A stretch of DNA of 63,098 nt, counting the filler, from Globobulimina sp. (Eukaryota): assembly GCA_003354225.1 (NCBI GenBank). It is 11 parts of 11 records of this genome, joined end to end, with 100 filler letters (N's around TTAATTAATTAA, not from the genome) between each part and the next. Parts side by side here need not be neighbours in the genome. Positions count along the whole stretch, not along the records: positions 11,523 to 17,173 come from PIVH01000476.1; positions 17,274 to 22,921 come from PIVH01000477.1; positions 23,022 to 28,666 come from PIVH01000478.1; 8 more parts are not named here. One strand, given 5' to 3'. Both the position numbers and the translations under genes were made by a program. The notes below the pieces were generated by a model. That model searched no databases. It saw nothing but the letters and a program-made list of their open reading frames with translations, and was not told the origin of the DNA. Numbering within the stretch: the first letter of the stretch is position 1; each line of letters starts with the position of its first letter. Shown here in pieces: positions 11,523-24,823 of this stretch.

Positions 11523-14500
11523 TGATAAAATCAAAGTTATCCATCAATACAGAGACATTTCTTAATGCATTCTGCCACAAGTTGTGAAATGCTATGATGT
11601 GACGTTGAATATTAAACTTTTCATAACTTCTATATTTATACAGAAATTGCATTAGTTCCCTACCATTTGAGCTGGTCAAATATAAAATAATCTGTGAATC
11701 TGCTATGTTATCGGCAAATATCTGTGCGGGTTGAATTATTTTATTTAACAGTGATACGGCAATGTCATAATCGCCACTTTCCACAGCTTCATCACATATT
11801 ACTTGCAGCTCTTCACGTTGTTTGCCAGTCAGATCAATCCATGTTCGATCAATTCCAGCTACAGCAGCTCTTCTCGCATCAAGTGATAACTTTGTGTCTT
11901 TGATCACTGTCATTTTTTCAACCCATGTGACTGCAAACAAAATATCATTCCATTTCTTACGTAATCCAATCACAGAAAATTTGGTGGTTAATGTATCTAA
12001 ATACTTTAACAATGACTCAAATGAGGATAAAGTGGATAATAAATAATCCACTCGCTCTTTCAAACCATTTATTGTAGCTTGTATCAATAATTGATGCAAT
12101 TCATCCAATAACCCGGTCATAATGGCACCTAAACATTGTCCTAAATCTCTATCCGCGCTCCATTCGCGATTGAGCCTCGCTAAATGAGTGGGTGTGGCTT
12201 TTAGTACCGATAACAAATCGATGCATTGTAAGATTATCTTTTCGTTTGCCCATAAAGCAGAATATACTTCGTGTATTTGTACAGTTTTCCATTCCACTTC
12301 ATCTTCTACCTCCGCTTTTTTCTCGTCCTGTTTATCTTCACCCACATCATCACCACCTGTTACATAAAAACAAATATCATAAAAAATATATTTTTAATCT
12401 ACATATAGCACATCACCATCTTGTTCATGTTCATCATTACTAGACTTCCATAAGAATTCATCCACGAAAGTGATCAACCGCTGGAAGACAGCATTGCCAT
12501 GTTTCTGTAGTCCCAATCGTGTCGATTCTAACAAAACAATATCATTCGATAACTTACGCACTAAATTCTCGGGCAAATTATCAATTGGTACGTATAAATC
12601 CGCCGCATGTAATCTATTTTGCATCTCCGTGGTGAACGTATGCTGTCCGCGTATGCCCGATTCAATAATAGACACTTTATCATCAGTCCAGGCACGTTTA
12701 CATTCATCCCGATAACCACTGAAATACGAATGTATATATGAGCTGAAAGGAAAGCGTGCCTGAGATAAAGTTCTATCTATGCTCACACGCGATTTCTTCG
12801 CATGTCCTGCATGCGCAATACGTAATATTCTCGGCTCAGACACTAATTTTAACCATAACCGCGATAAACGATCGTCTCTTTCTTGCTGTTGCTTCTCTTC
12901 CTCCATCTCACCAAAATATAACTTACTATTTCCATTTGAAAAGATAATAGTTAGGATCTCCACCAATTGATCCTTGATCTTTTCAGCTAATTTCTCCATA
13001 ACATGCGCTCGAATGGAGCCACGATCATTTCGTTTCCGATTTTTTAAAGTCTTTTTCAAACAGTCAATGGCACCTTACATACGATAAATAATTGTAATTT
13101 AATATAAAATAAAATATGATGCAATACAATAACAAACCTGATTTCTTATCAATTAATACTTTCTGAATGCGTTCAACCAATACACGGCGAAATCTGCCAT
13201 CATCCTCCACCTTTTTATTATCCACATCTAATAATTTCTTGATCCGTTCAATTTCATCGCGGATATTGCTTTCGTTGCTGTTTTTGTCTGCAGATTTTGC
13301 GACGACCACATTATTCATAGCTTTTTCATACGAATTGAATACAATCCTATCCGTGTGATGTTGCACTCTGCCTTCAAATTTACGTTGATCGTCTGCTTCG
13401 AATATATTTATATCATTGATCTGAATTTGAGGGAACATTTTATGGTCTGCAGGCAACAAAGCATCCAAAAATAAGTGTTTCCATTCCCGATTAAATATCA
13501 ATGGATACGGCGTTTGCCGACTCATATAAATCAAAAATACAATATTCTTAGGAAAGGTTGCATCGCTATTTATATATATATTTTCATGTTCATTCTCGCG
13601 AGTAATTGGTCGACGAGCTGCAGCGCGCGCCTTTTCAGTCAAATATTGTGCGTGCAAATAATGCATTAATTTTTCCGTTGTATTTGCTGGATCACACACA
13701 ATAATCAATGTATTTTCTGTGGTATCTGCATTATTAAAAAAAGCATACACATAATTATAAAAATCCACTTCCCGCATAAAAGAAGTGATCTCTTTGAATT
13801 TTATAATCTGTAAATTATACATTTCCTGTAATCCAAACTTTGGTTGTTGCGCTTGGTCTTTTTCTTTCATATCTGTATCAAATGCAACCTGTGCCCGTAT
13901 GCCATCAGAATGTTTATCCGCTAAATTATGTTTAAAATCTAACGGCAATTGATACGTATCGTGCGTTACTATCCTCAATAACATATGATCTCTGCTGTCG
14001 TACTGCACTCCTTCCCGCAGCAATAAATCAAGCAACGATGCATACGCTACAAAATCGCGTTTGCGCAATTTGCGTTGATCCTGAATCAAATATTCAATCG
14101 AAGTGGTTTTCAATAACATTTGATAACAATTATCGACAGAATTCTGCAAAGATTTGCCATCATCAACAACCACATACTCCTTTTCTTCATTTTCTTTCCG
14201 TTCTATATGCTCCGAAGCCATTTCTGTGGTCAATAACGACACGAATGTATAGGTTTTGTTAAATCCAATAAATAAATCTTTCTGGCGATACACCAAATGG
14301 TCGGTGTATTTCCTAGTGATGGTTGACTTTAATTTGTGCCATTTTTGTGTCCAAACATCGCCGGGACGAATACCAAACTCTCGCAATAAATTTGGATCTA
14401 AGTATTGTTTCTCAAATCGATTCAAAAACGCCACGGGCGTAAAATCATCCGTGTTAAGGGTCAAATGATGAGCTTCCTGTCGAGGGACAACAACAATACA

Positions 14501-17173
14501 TCGGAAAGTATGATGGATCTGACAACGGATCGATTCTCCACCAATGCAAATCCTACAGAACTTCTGTCCATCCACATTCAAATAGCGTTGATTCAACACA
14601 TCATACAAGGAATCATAAAGTTGTTCTAATTTCAGCAACACACAAACCTTTCCAGATTGCATAGCACCGCGTACTTTTTCTATAGTGCGATACAAATAAA
14701 TCGTAGAACCAACGTCATTTTTAAACTTACTGCCAAAAATAACCTCCGTCTGCGCAATACTCAGCACTTCAGAATCGAATAATATCTTCCACATCACCGG
14801 CGACTCAGTAATCAGCATAATATTACGCAATTCGTACGATTTACTGCGCGTCAAATCCTTTGTCTGTCGGATGTTATCTCGTATCAAAGCCAAGGGACTA
14901 AACTCTCGCCAAATCTGTTGCGTATTAATATTGCCGGACGACAATATTTTCTCTGCAATTTTGGGGAACAGAAACTCTTCCGTCTGCTCCTTCGTTTCCC
15001 CGCCAAAATTACGCAGCACAGCCTCCACCAAAACCATATCATCCTTCAATGACACATTCCTTTGTCCTAATCTATATTTTAAATAACTGACCAAATTATA
15101 AAAATCGCGGTGACCAAAGAAATCAAACATGAATGGATTATTTCCCTTATCCCTCATAATCGATTCGTAAAAACCTGCGATTTGCGGGATTCTCGGTATC
15201 AAATGTTGGACAATGATCATATTCATCTCATCCCCCACTCCACTCATTATTCTTTCCGCAGTTTCTTTCAAGTCATTTTTGTTCGGTGGCAATACATTTT
15301 GTAATACCACACGATTCATTTTAGCAGAGTCCAACTGCCAATTTGATAGACCCACAAAAGCAATCTGGGGATGTTCTAACAATGTATGCAATACTTCCAA
15401 TGGTTGATGCGGAGATTGGTCTGCTAAGCCAACTTTATCCAAAAACATAATCACACTGCGCGGCAATGAGTTGTCTGCATCTCTTCGTTCATTCAATCTC
15501 TTTTCATAATCTTCTGCAAATTGCCACCGTTGTTCGATACTCGCGGCAGTGGTCAGCTTACTGCATTGGAAGGAGACTACGAAATAATCATCAAAGCCCA
15601 TTTTGGTCAACTTGTCATTCTTCGTAGCAGAGGATAAGTTATCTTGCAATGTTACCATTGCTAATGTTTTGGAAGAACCTGGTTTGCCTACAATCACTGT
15701 GGGTGTTTTGGTACTTAATCCCACCAACATAACAAATAAATTCTCCCTAAATGCGCGATTAATGGCAATTCCTGGCTCAATTTTCAATTTCTGGACATAT
15801 TGCCATTGCTCTGCATCTATAATACTGTTGAATTTAATCCCTTGGTTCAAATTATGCCGCGCTATTCTCTCAATTTTGTCTTTGAATTTCTCTCTTTGCC
15901 GCTGATTTAATCGATAGTAATAACACTGCGCAATGGCTAAAAATATAGATTCTATAATCCTCGTTACTGGGTTTTTATTTTTCCGGTTTGCGCGGTTAAA
16001 AAACCATAAAAACATTTTATTTGCACGCTTGACATCGCGCAATGAACAGACAGATTTATCGTTTAATTCAAAACGTAAAAACTGCTGCGACTGACATATC
16101 AAATCAATAAAACAATTTCGTAAATCTTGGAAATTTTCCACCTCTCCATACGGTAAAGCTCTCAAAAAACTCTCGTCATTCCACGTGGTACGAGTCATCA
16201 CAGCAATATATTGCTGCTCATCCATTTGCGATAAAGCTCCAAAATTCCACACATACGTTTTTAGCGAAGGTGGTAAGGGAAAGACCCTATATACCAATGA
16301 GCCCATTTGTCGATCTAAATCGTCCACGAAATGTTTTGGATTATTTGCATCGGCTTCCTTCTCGGTTTGTAATTGTTCTTTGGTTTTATGCCGCTTTCTG
16401 TATGGATTTAATGCTGCGATAATCACCATATTGTCCGGGAATTCAACTCCTTTTAATGAATGGTCACAGATTACTTCTTTGAAGCCACCACAATCGGGAC
16501 TCGTATTCACTTCATCTAAAAATACGAGCACTGTGTTGGTGTTGAATGCTTTTGCGACTTCCAATGGTTGCACTAAATCTCGTTGTAAGTCATTGATGGT
16601 ATATCCACCATGAACATCAATAGCAAACATGCGAATATCTAACGCAGTCGACATGAAATCTAATAATTTGGTCTTGCCGCAACCAGTTTCTCCCATAATC
16701 TGTATGGCAAACAAGTAACATATAAATATAAAAAGTAAAAACAAATACTTACCAACACCGGTATGCCACTATTTACTCTGAAAAATATGGCCACAATCTT
16801 CAAAATATTATCGAAAGTCAACGCATAATCTTTATTCTCATTATATAATTTGTCCAATTGTGCTTTTTGCAACTTCGGATCATTCGACTTAAACCCGCCA
16901 CAAATCCGCATCAATAACTGTAATTTCTCCAGTTGTTTGGTAGAAGTTTCATTGGCAAATCCCCGCTGTTTGATTTGTTGCAATCTCTCATTTTGATCCT
17001 GTTCAAAATTATATAAATTCCAACTTAAATTCCCCGCTCCTTTCATCACTTCGCGAAATAGCTTCCATTGATTCGCACCAAACGAATCATTTGCATCCAA
17101 ATTCATAGCCAACAACGAAAAGGTAGACGTATTTGCAGCGCGCGCAGACTCTAAATCCTGTTCCAATGTCGTT
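11523..17173 (-). CDS. RNF213/mysterin-like giant multi-AAA+ ATPase, internal fragment, multi-exon
   Basis: PVLIMGETGCGKT (across intron 16752-16700), FLDEVNT, AALNPYR, LVYRVFPLP, CSLRDV, GKPGSSKTLA, SNWQLDSAKMNR, LYDVLNQRY and FLNRFEK. Further introns at 13137-13074 and near 12415-12357. Confidence 0.9.
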
Positions 17174-17964
17174 NNNNNNNNNNNNNNNNNNNNNNNNNNN
17201 NNNNNNNNNNNNNNNNNTTAATTAATTAANNNNNNNNNNNNNNNNNNNNNNNNNNNNNNNNNNNNNNNNNNNNTCTGACTCTGCTCCATTAGCTTCTTCT
17301 GCTTCCTTAGCTCCTTCCGCTTCTTTCCATAAATTAACATGATTCTTTGCAATGATTATTCCATATAAAACAATGCATAAAATTTGTTACAATAGATTTC
17401 ATATTAGATGGTGGTATTAGAAAAAGTGTGTTCTTTTGGAATAAAGAGAAAAACCCAGAGAAAGCCTTGAATGTCATTTTAATTATATTCAAGTGGAAAA
17501 AACTTATTTATATTAAGCAAACGGGAATATGTATAATTTAAATTCAATTAAATACATCAATAACTTGCAATATATTACATTGAGAAACAATAAATATATG
17601 CATAACACATTGGTGAGAGGTGGGTGGGAAAACGGAAAAGTTTGTTGAAGCTCAGAAAACTTTACACTTCAACAATCCACAAAACCAAACAATCAAAATA
17701 AGCAGAAATACTCCGTTACACTTGTATTTATGATGTATCAAGGAATTGACTAAATGCCAAAAATTTGCGCAAGAGATGCGAGTTAATTTTCTTGCATAGT
17801 CTATACAAATACTCACGAATGATACGACTGATCTGTATCGAAGGGAAAGGAGGGAATATGTTGAAGCTGTCAAAGCATTGTTGCAGCGATGACATAATAT
17901 TGACATTTCGATTTTTTTATAGATTTTATGCTGTCAATAATTTAGCCAATAAATTAAATAATAA

Positions 17965-18088
17965 AAAAAATATACATGATACACATGATACACAAGTACA
18001 CATGGTCCAGTTACTCGAGTTGCTTACACATGATACACTTGTGCATCATGTGTAGCTATGTGTTCCTATGTGCATTCATGTGTTTTTA
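17965..18088. repeat. Palindromic ACACATGAT micro-repeat cluster
   Basis: Tandem (AC)ACATGAT units on the left mirrored by ATCATGTGT/TATGTG units on the right, with an internal hairpin TACACATGAT-ACAC-TT-GTGC-ATCATGTGTA. Confidence 0.65.
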
Positions 18089-18175
18089 TACTATGATATC
18101 CAATGCATTCTCACCATAGGGTTTCTAGACAGACATGATTAAAGATGTAGTTTCTAGTGAGTAGTAGGGGCACAT

Positions 18176-21100
18176 TCAGCCAGGGAGTAAGTCTGGCTCC
18201 ATGCTCACCGATTGCTGAAACATCCCGGCGAGGTTGTTTATGGTATCAAACGAGATACCATTTGTGAACTGAAATGATCTGTATTTGGCATACTGTGTTG
18301 AATTATAATGAGCATTTAAATAGTTGGAGTTATTGGGATGCATTCTTCCTATCTCTGCCAATTTATCTGCCACATTATTGAATGGCTGCTGCTTCGGTTT
18401 AGTATGTGATTTGACTTTCCAGAGTATGCTCTCACTTTTTTTTATGTATTTTTGTGTATTGATAAACAGATTGGAATGGGCTAACTTATTTATTCTATGT
18501 GGAGTGATGATCAGTGGGACGAAGTTGTATAAGGAATCAGTAAATATGATTTTTCTTCGATTATTGGTGTCAATGTTGCAGTATTTTATGAGAAAGTCAG
18601 ATTTATGGATGGCAAATAGCTCTCCAAAGTGGTTGGTTTGGGCTCCTATGGGTTGCGAGAAGCAGTGAATGGTGTTGTCGTCCAATATGAATATACCAAT
18701 GCCGGTGGTGTTTGTTCTTGGATCATGGGATGAGTCCGTAGCTATTATTAAGTCATGGGGCTGCAGTCTATTTTTATTTGCATGCCATTCAGTGATGTTT
18801 CGATTTCGAGTGTGATATAAGGGCATTTTGGAGGGCATGGTAATATGTTTGTTTCTCATTCTGGTGAGGTTCAATTTATTTTGGTTTAGTCGGAATATGT
18901 TGAATATCCAGCGGTGAGTTTGTGAGATTAGATTCCGATACAACGTGTATTTGTCGACATTTATGTTTATTCTTTTGTGTTTGTAGACAAATTTATTAGT
19001 CTCTGAATCATAAACATTAGCACCACATAGGATTTTCCAGAAGCGGGACTTGTGGACATTTACATTGCGACAAAGCTCAATCAATCTTTGCATATACAGT
19101 TGATTGTGTATTTTATTTATGGCGGATCCATTTTGGGCAAAGATGAAACTGGCATGATACCAATAGTCACGGCGTAATGCATCCAGTACAGGACACATGA
19201 CTGCAAGATGTAATTCTAATGGTTTGTCAATATTATTATGGCACATATTGCAGTATTTATCATATTGGTTGAAGTTATAAAACAATTCGCGGTATTTTTC
19301 AATCATCGGTGCATTGACATAATCGGCCAACTCATTTATTTCATACATATTCATCGGTCTGTAGTCACTAGTGACATGATTTAGTATTTTTAATGGGTGA
19401 TATTTATTTAATTTATTGAGGATGTATTTATGTTGCGTCTCGATTATGATCGGTCGCAGTTCATGCGGTTGGGAGACTGTATCAAATGGATCAATCATCT
19501 GGACAGAATTTTGTGTTTGCTCTACAACAATGGGTAGCCACTGTCTTTTCAATGCAGCATATTGCTTATATAATTTATGGTGATTTATATGGGACAATTG
19601 CGCCCATTTATGCATGAGGGATACATTTGGAATGTGTAACAATTTCCAATAAAAGACTAATTTTAAGGAAACCCATCTTTCAAAAGGCGTTGGGATGCCA
19701 GCCCATAAATATAGTTGTTCAGGGACGAAGTTCTTTATATTGGTCTGTATTTTGATCGCATTTAACTGTTTCTGGGTCGCCTCGGCTAAGTTTATGTGGT
19801 CACAGTCCAATATCTGCGCAAAAATCTCCGTATAGACCAGATAAAACGTTTTCAGGATTCGTATCTTGTCATCCAATGAAATATAATCATGGTTAAAGTC
19901 TAGGGAGGTTAATATTCGTGCTTTGTTGTCCAGTTTCTTTAGAAAGTGTTTGTTAGTGTGTTTAGTGGAGACCAGATTTGAGTCATCATAGCTGCACAAC
20001 ATGGCACCTAAGTAACGCATAAATGTTGTGCAGTTTAGCGTATCTCCATTCAAACTCAGTTTAAGATGCATCACCGATGGGCTATATCCACGATCATAGC
20101 GTATGTTACGCCACATTATTGGAAACGGTTTATTTGTTATGTCATTATAAAAATCATTATGTTTTTTAAACAACGCGAGATATTTGGACGGGATCTCTGC
20201 TTTATCATAGGCACGAATTTGATTATGAACATCTATTGCCATTATTCTATTATTCACAGGTTTCTGTATTAATATCATTGGAGCGGGTTTATTATGGTGG
20301 ACTGCGTCAGTTTCATAGTATTCATTGTTTATTAATATTATATCATTTATATTATAAGTATCTATATTATTTTTATTAATTGTGTCATCATTATATATCA
20401 TTGTCATGCATTTTTTATTATTGAATCGATAGTTCCATTGCTTACTATGACGTTCGCATATTTTTATTGAATTATTTAGGTGCGAGATTTTATTGGCGGT
20501 CAATATAATATCATCGGCATAGAAGATACACGCTATTTTCTCATTGGGGTCAGGCGAAAATGCACCATTCCCAGATGCCTGCAGTTCAAAAATCATATCA
20601 TTGAGGAATGCCGCGTACAACACAGGGGACAGAACCGACCCTTGTAACACACCATTATGCAGTACGAATTTATTAGAGATAAACGGGAGATCTCTTATTG
20701 CGGCATGCGAGTTATTGTAAACTGCTTTAATTATTTTGCAAATATGGATGGGAATATCGAAGTTAGTGTGTAATTTGTAAATTAATCCTTTGCGCCAGAC
20801 TGTGTCGAAAGCTTTTCGTATATCCAGAAGAGCACAATATAGCGGGATATCTCTCATTTTTGCTGTTTCAGCTATCAAGTTTAGTGCACCTATTTGTTCT
20901 GGCACTCCTCTTTTAGAGCGGTTGCCACCTTGTAAAATGTGAAGGTTTGCTCTGAATTTATGTGAAATGCACATTTCCCACAGTACCAATCGTTCGTACG
21001 CCTTAAATATTATTGGTAGGAGAGTTATTGGTCGATATTGGTTTGGAGTGCAGCCATTTGGGGTTTTTAGAATTGGGATAATCGAACCCAACCTGAAGTA

Positions 21101-22921
21101 GTATGGGATATAATAAGTACTATTCCACACATTATACAGTGTGCACAGTATCTGGTTTATGAGAGTTTGGTTGGTCTTTAGGTGGATAGTCTTAATGCCA
21201 TCGTATCCCGGTGCACTGTTAGGGTTTGCCTGTTTTATTGCAAGCTCAATGGATTTGAACTTACTTACATTGGGAGCAGGTATTTCGACACATTCCTGCT
21301 TCTGTTCATTTTCTTGTGTTATAGTGCGATCCGGCAGATATCCAGGAGTTTGACGTTGAATATCAATTATTACGTCATTATCAGTATCCGTATCACCGTC
21401 AGTATCATGTTCTAAGTTATACAGTTCATTCAGTATCGGCTGCGTTGGAGGGAGGTAATTTGGGTCAAAGTGGGGTGTTAGGCCTTCCTCCATCTCGTTA
21501 TCATCAGGAAAGTGGCACTCACCACTAAATATTGGCAATGTTGGCGGTTCAGTTATCTCCCGTTCATTGTCTGGCTTTTTTTGCTTATTTGGGATGAAGA
21601 CTAGTTCGTTTGTTACAAATTCATTCAAATTGCTGTCAAACTGGTTGATGTCATCTATTTTATCATTGGTTATTGGGTCCGCCATCGGTCCACATATTGA
21701 TCCAAAGAATTGTTGCAAAGCGGTGTTTTTATCCATTATCTTATTTTTATATTTCAAGAACGGCTCATCAACTACAAAATCCTTATTCTTATTGTATCTT
21801 TTAAATGTTTTTAATTTATTCGAATGATTCAGATCATTGAAACGGATGGTATTTTGCGTCAATCTATTTTGCTTATTATGGACAAACTCTTTTTCTGCCT
21901 CAACTATCAAATTATGCATTTCATTGGTATTTGTATTTGTATTCATGAAAAGTCGTTGTTTTATATTTAGGGACATCTGTTTCGAGGACATATTGGTCCA
22001 ATTATTGGCCGCGTCATAATCAACAACACCAAATGCTTTAATTGTTGCGAGGTGAATTATGTACATAGTTGATATGTACTCTCTTTCAGATTCTTTTTGG
22101 TAAAATGTTGTGTTTGTGCTGAACTTCTGTAGGTGCCGGGCTCTGTTTTTCAGGATATTTTGGTGCAATTTCAACAGCGCGTCATTGGGTGCATACTGTC
22201 GTAGCACATAGTGTTTGTCAATAATATTGGTTTGGCATTTTATGTTATTTGGCGTAAATATCACTGGTCTGTGGTCCATAAACACAGGATGTGTATCAAC
22301 ACGCATTGATTTGATAGAATTTAGTTCTGCAGTGATTACGTAATCTATTATTGAACCACCAGTGTTACCGGCACCTTTCGCGAGATATGTCAGGAACTTT
22401 GGGGCAAACTGAGGATTCGCTATTTTCAGCTGGGTATTATCAAGCATTTTCTTCATATATTTGTAGTGCGAATTGGTGGCATGATCCATAGTCATGTTAC
22501 CCATACGGGCATTGAAGTCACCGATTATATACATATCGTTACATTCATTTTTAAATTTATTAATATCATTTGTTAATGTCTCATAAAAGTCAGCGCTACG
22601 TTTGGCCATTTGCGGCTTATATGTTCTCGTATAATTAACGGCAATGTAAGTTGGTTTATTATTATTGGTATTTTCGATCGCAATCCATGCAGTATTATGG
22701 CCTCTCGTTTTTTTTATTAATCGGATTTTGTTTTTTAGAGTCATTTTATGGTAAATCAGTATGCCACCAACGTTCTTGGGGTTATTTGTGGTGACTGGGG
22801 ATTTATGGACAATTAATTTGTATCCTGGCAAGCTCCAATCCGGTCTGTGAACCCTTCGCGTGTCAATTAAGAGAATGATATCCAATTTATGGTGAATTAC
22901 GAGTTGCTGCATGTATGGGTG
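18176..22921 (-). mobile_element. Non-LTR retrotransposon ORF2: APE endonuclease, reverse transcriptase, Cys/His motif and RNase H; 5'-truncated by the contig end
   Basis: GGILIY, IIGDFNA, IIDYV and DHRPV (APE). SAPGYDG, YRPITLL, LDIRKAFDTV, GVLQGSVLSP, FYADD and YLG (RT). CNMC..HLAVMC. ATDSS, GELFAI, FTDS, VKSH and NNVADKLA (RNase H). 1578 codons without a stop. Confidence 0.95.
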
Positions 22922-23021
22922 NNNNNNNNNNNNNNNNNNNNNNNNNNNNNNNNNNNNNNNNNNNNTTAATTAATTAANNNNNNNNNNNNNNNNNNNNNNN
23001 NNNNNNNNNNNNNNNNNNNNN

Positions 23022-23262
23022 ATACTGAGATAAATTTATTGCCGACGAATATGATTTTAACGCCGTTTTCGATGATGATGTGCGCAGTCGATGAAAATGT
23101 GACGTAGGAGTTGACAATATATGGTGAATTGGCAAGTGACAATGTGTAATCAGATGAAAGTGAAGCGAGAATTGTCTGAGCGTTGATACGGGAGAAACGA
23201 GAAGCAACTATCAGCACAAGAAGAGAGAGCATTGTTTCACTGAGCAGTTTGAGTAAAAACAT
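23022..23262 (-). CDS. N-terminus of a secreted/surface protein paralogous to 24824, truncated by the contig end
   Basis: Signal peptide followed by QTIL..LSSDYTLSLANSPYIVNSYVTFSSTAHIIIENGVKIIFVGNKFISV, nearly identical to the start of ORF 24824. Confidence 0.75.
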
Positions 23263-23268
23263 TTATCT

Positions 23269-24719
23269 TTGCATAGAATGAGAGCTCAAATATTAGCGCT
23301 TGATGGTTTAATATTTGATCACAATACCACAGAGAATTTAATTCTAGAAACAGGTTCTAATGCAGCAACATGCAACATCGTAGATGTCGATAAAATAGAT
23401 TGTGGATACAGTGGAATTACTAGACAAGAATGTTTATATAGAGGTTGTTGTTGGCAAGCAATTGTTCCAAATCCAGATTATTATTCGTGATGCTATTACT
23501 CTAACAACAACACTGCAACAAACATACACATTGGATGGAAAAAAATGATATCCTGCACTGAGTCAGGAAGCAATTCAACATTACATATTATCATAATACA
23601 TCTCGTGTATTAGATTTAGCAGAATATGCGATAACTGTAAAATTTATCCCTCCGCAATCAAAACATATCACATTGCTACAAATAACACATTCGAAATACT
23701 TAGCAATGCTAAAACAAATAATTGGATTGTGAGTGTTAATGCGCTAAATCGATTGGTTGGCAGTTGTTTTGGCTCAGTTAGCTCTCCAATATCGTATGCG
23801 AGAGAGTTCCCGACTCAGTCCGACTGCAATATATGACGCTTGTGGTAACAATGGCGGTTTACATATTGTGCCATCTGGAAAGCAATGTGAATGGGATTAT
23901 GAAAATATTGTTGGTTAAAATATTGAAATATACTTTGGCTTTGATCTCAATAAAATCATTTTTTGCAACAAAACCAAATTGCGTCCGACTCCGACGATTT
24001 ATCCAACTATTAATCCAACATCAGATCCAACAACAAATCCAACAGCAAATCCAACAGCAAATCCAACTATTAATCCAACGACAGATCCAACAACAAATCC
24101 AACATATAATCCAACGTATAATCCAACATATAATCCGACATTAAATCCAATAACAAATCAACCATCCAAAGCACCAACGTTTGAGGGAAGAATGGTGAGT
24201 AAAGTTGATACTACGTATACATTTTCAGGAAATGTAGTGGGAAAAGATTTGATTGCGGATGAAGCAATGATGCATGTTTTGATGATTGTGGTAGTTTGTT
24301 TATTGTTACTGATTTGTTGTTCTATGCTTATATGTTTATATTCGAAACATGTACGAAACAAAAATGATATGCATAACAATATTAAGAATATACAAAGTGT
24401 TTCTACAGAAATGCCAAAGATACTTACCGCAGATAACGTGGCTATGAGAGAAGATATTAATGGCAAACAGAAGAAGCCTATTGTTGAAATGCCAAATACT
24501 TTACACTTTATGAGTGGAGGTAATCATGCTTTAACGAATGGAAATAATGTGGTTGTGGATGAGGAGGAAAACGAAGATTTATACAGAAAAACGAAGTTAA
24601 GATTTATACAGAAAAATACTACACACAGTGCAGGAAACATTGTATTGCTCAGCAAGCAGAATGAATATGGCCAAACGAATAATATCACACACACAGCGAC
24701 AGATACAGTAAAATTGTAA
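23269..24719 (+). pseudogene. Degenerate surface glycoprotein gene: trefoil (P-type) domain, extracellular domain, PTxxPT mucin stalk, TM and cytoplasmic tail
   Basis: C..VDKIDCGYSGITRQECLYRGCCW..*CYY, with TGA where Trp is expected (23488). Several frameshifts and a TAA precede the intact mucin-TM ORF 23979-24719. Confidence 0.65.
23986..24180 (+). repeat. Degenerate 12-bp coding tandem repeat (AATCCAACnnnn) encoding the NPT/DPT mucin stalk
   Basis: About 15 degenerate units visible; translation PTINPTSDPTTNPTANPT... Confidence 0.85.
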
Positions 24720-24823
24720 AATAGTTTCAAAGTAATTGTGGCTATGTCAGTTAATATTGAATAGGATGTAGTTTGATTTTTTAAGTACATACAACCAAAG
24801 CAGAAAACCTGATTTGTCAGATC

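Noticed and set aside
3678-23490. TGA reassignment or readthrough suggested by in-frame TGA in the MATE (Gly position) and trefoil (Trp position) genes
   Set aside because: The two sites imply different amino acids, both genes carry additional frameshifts or insertions, and other genes here end normally in TGA. Pseudogenisation is simpler.
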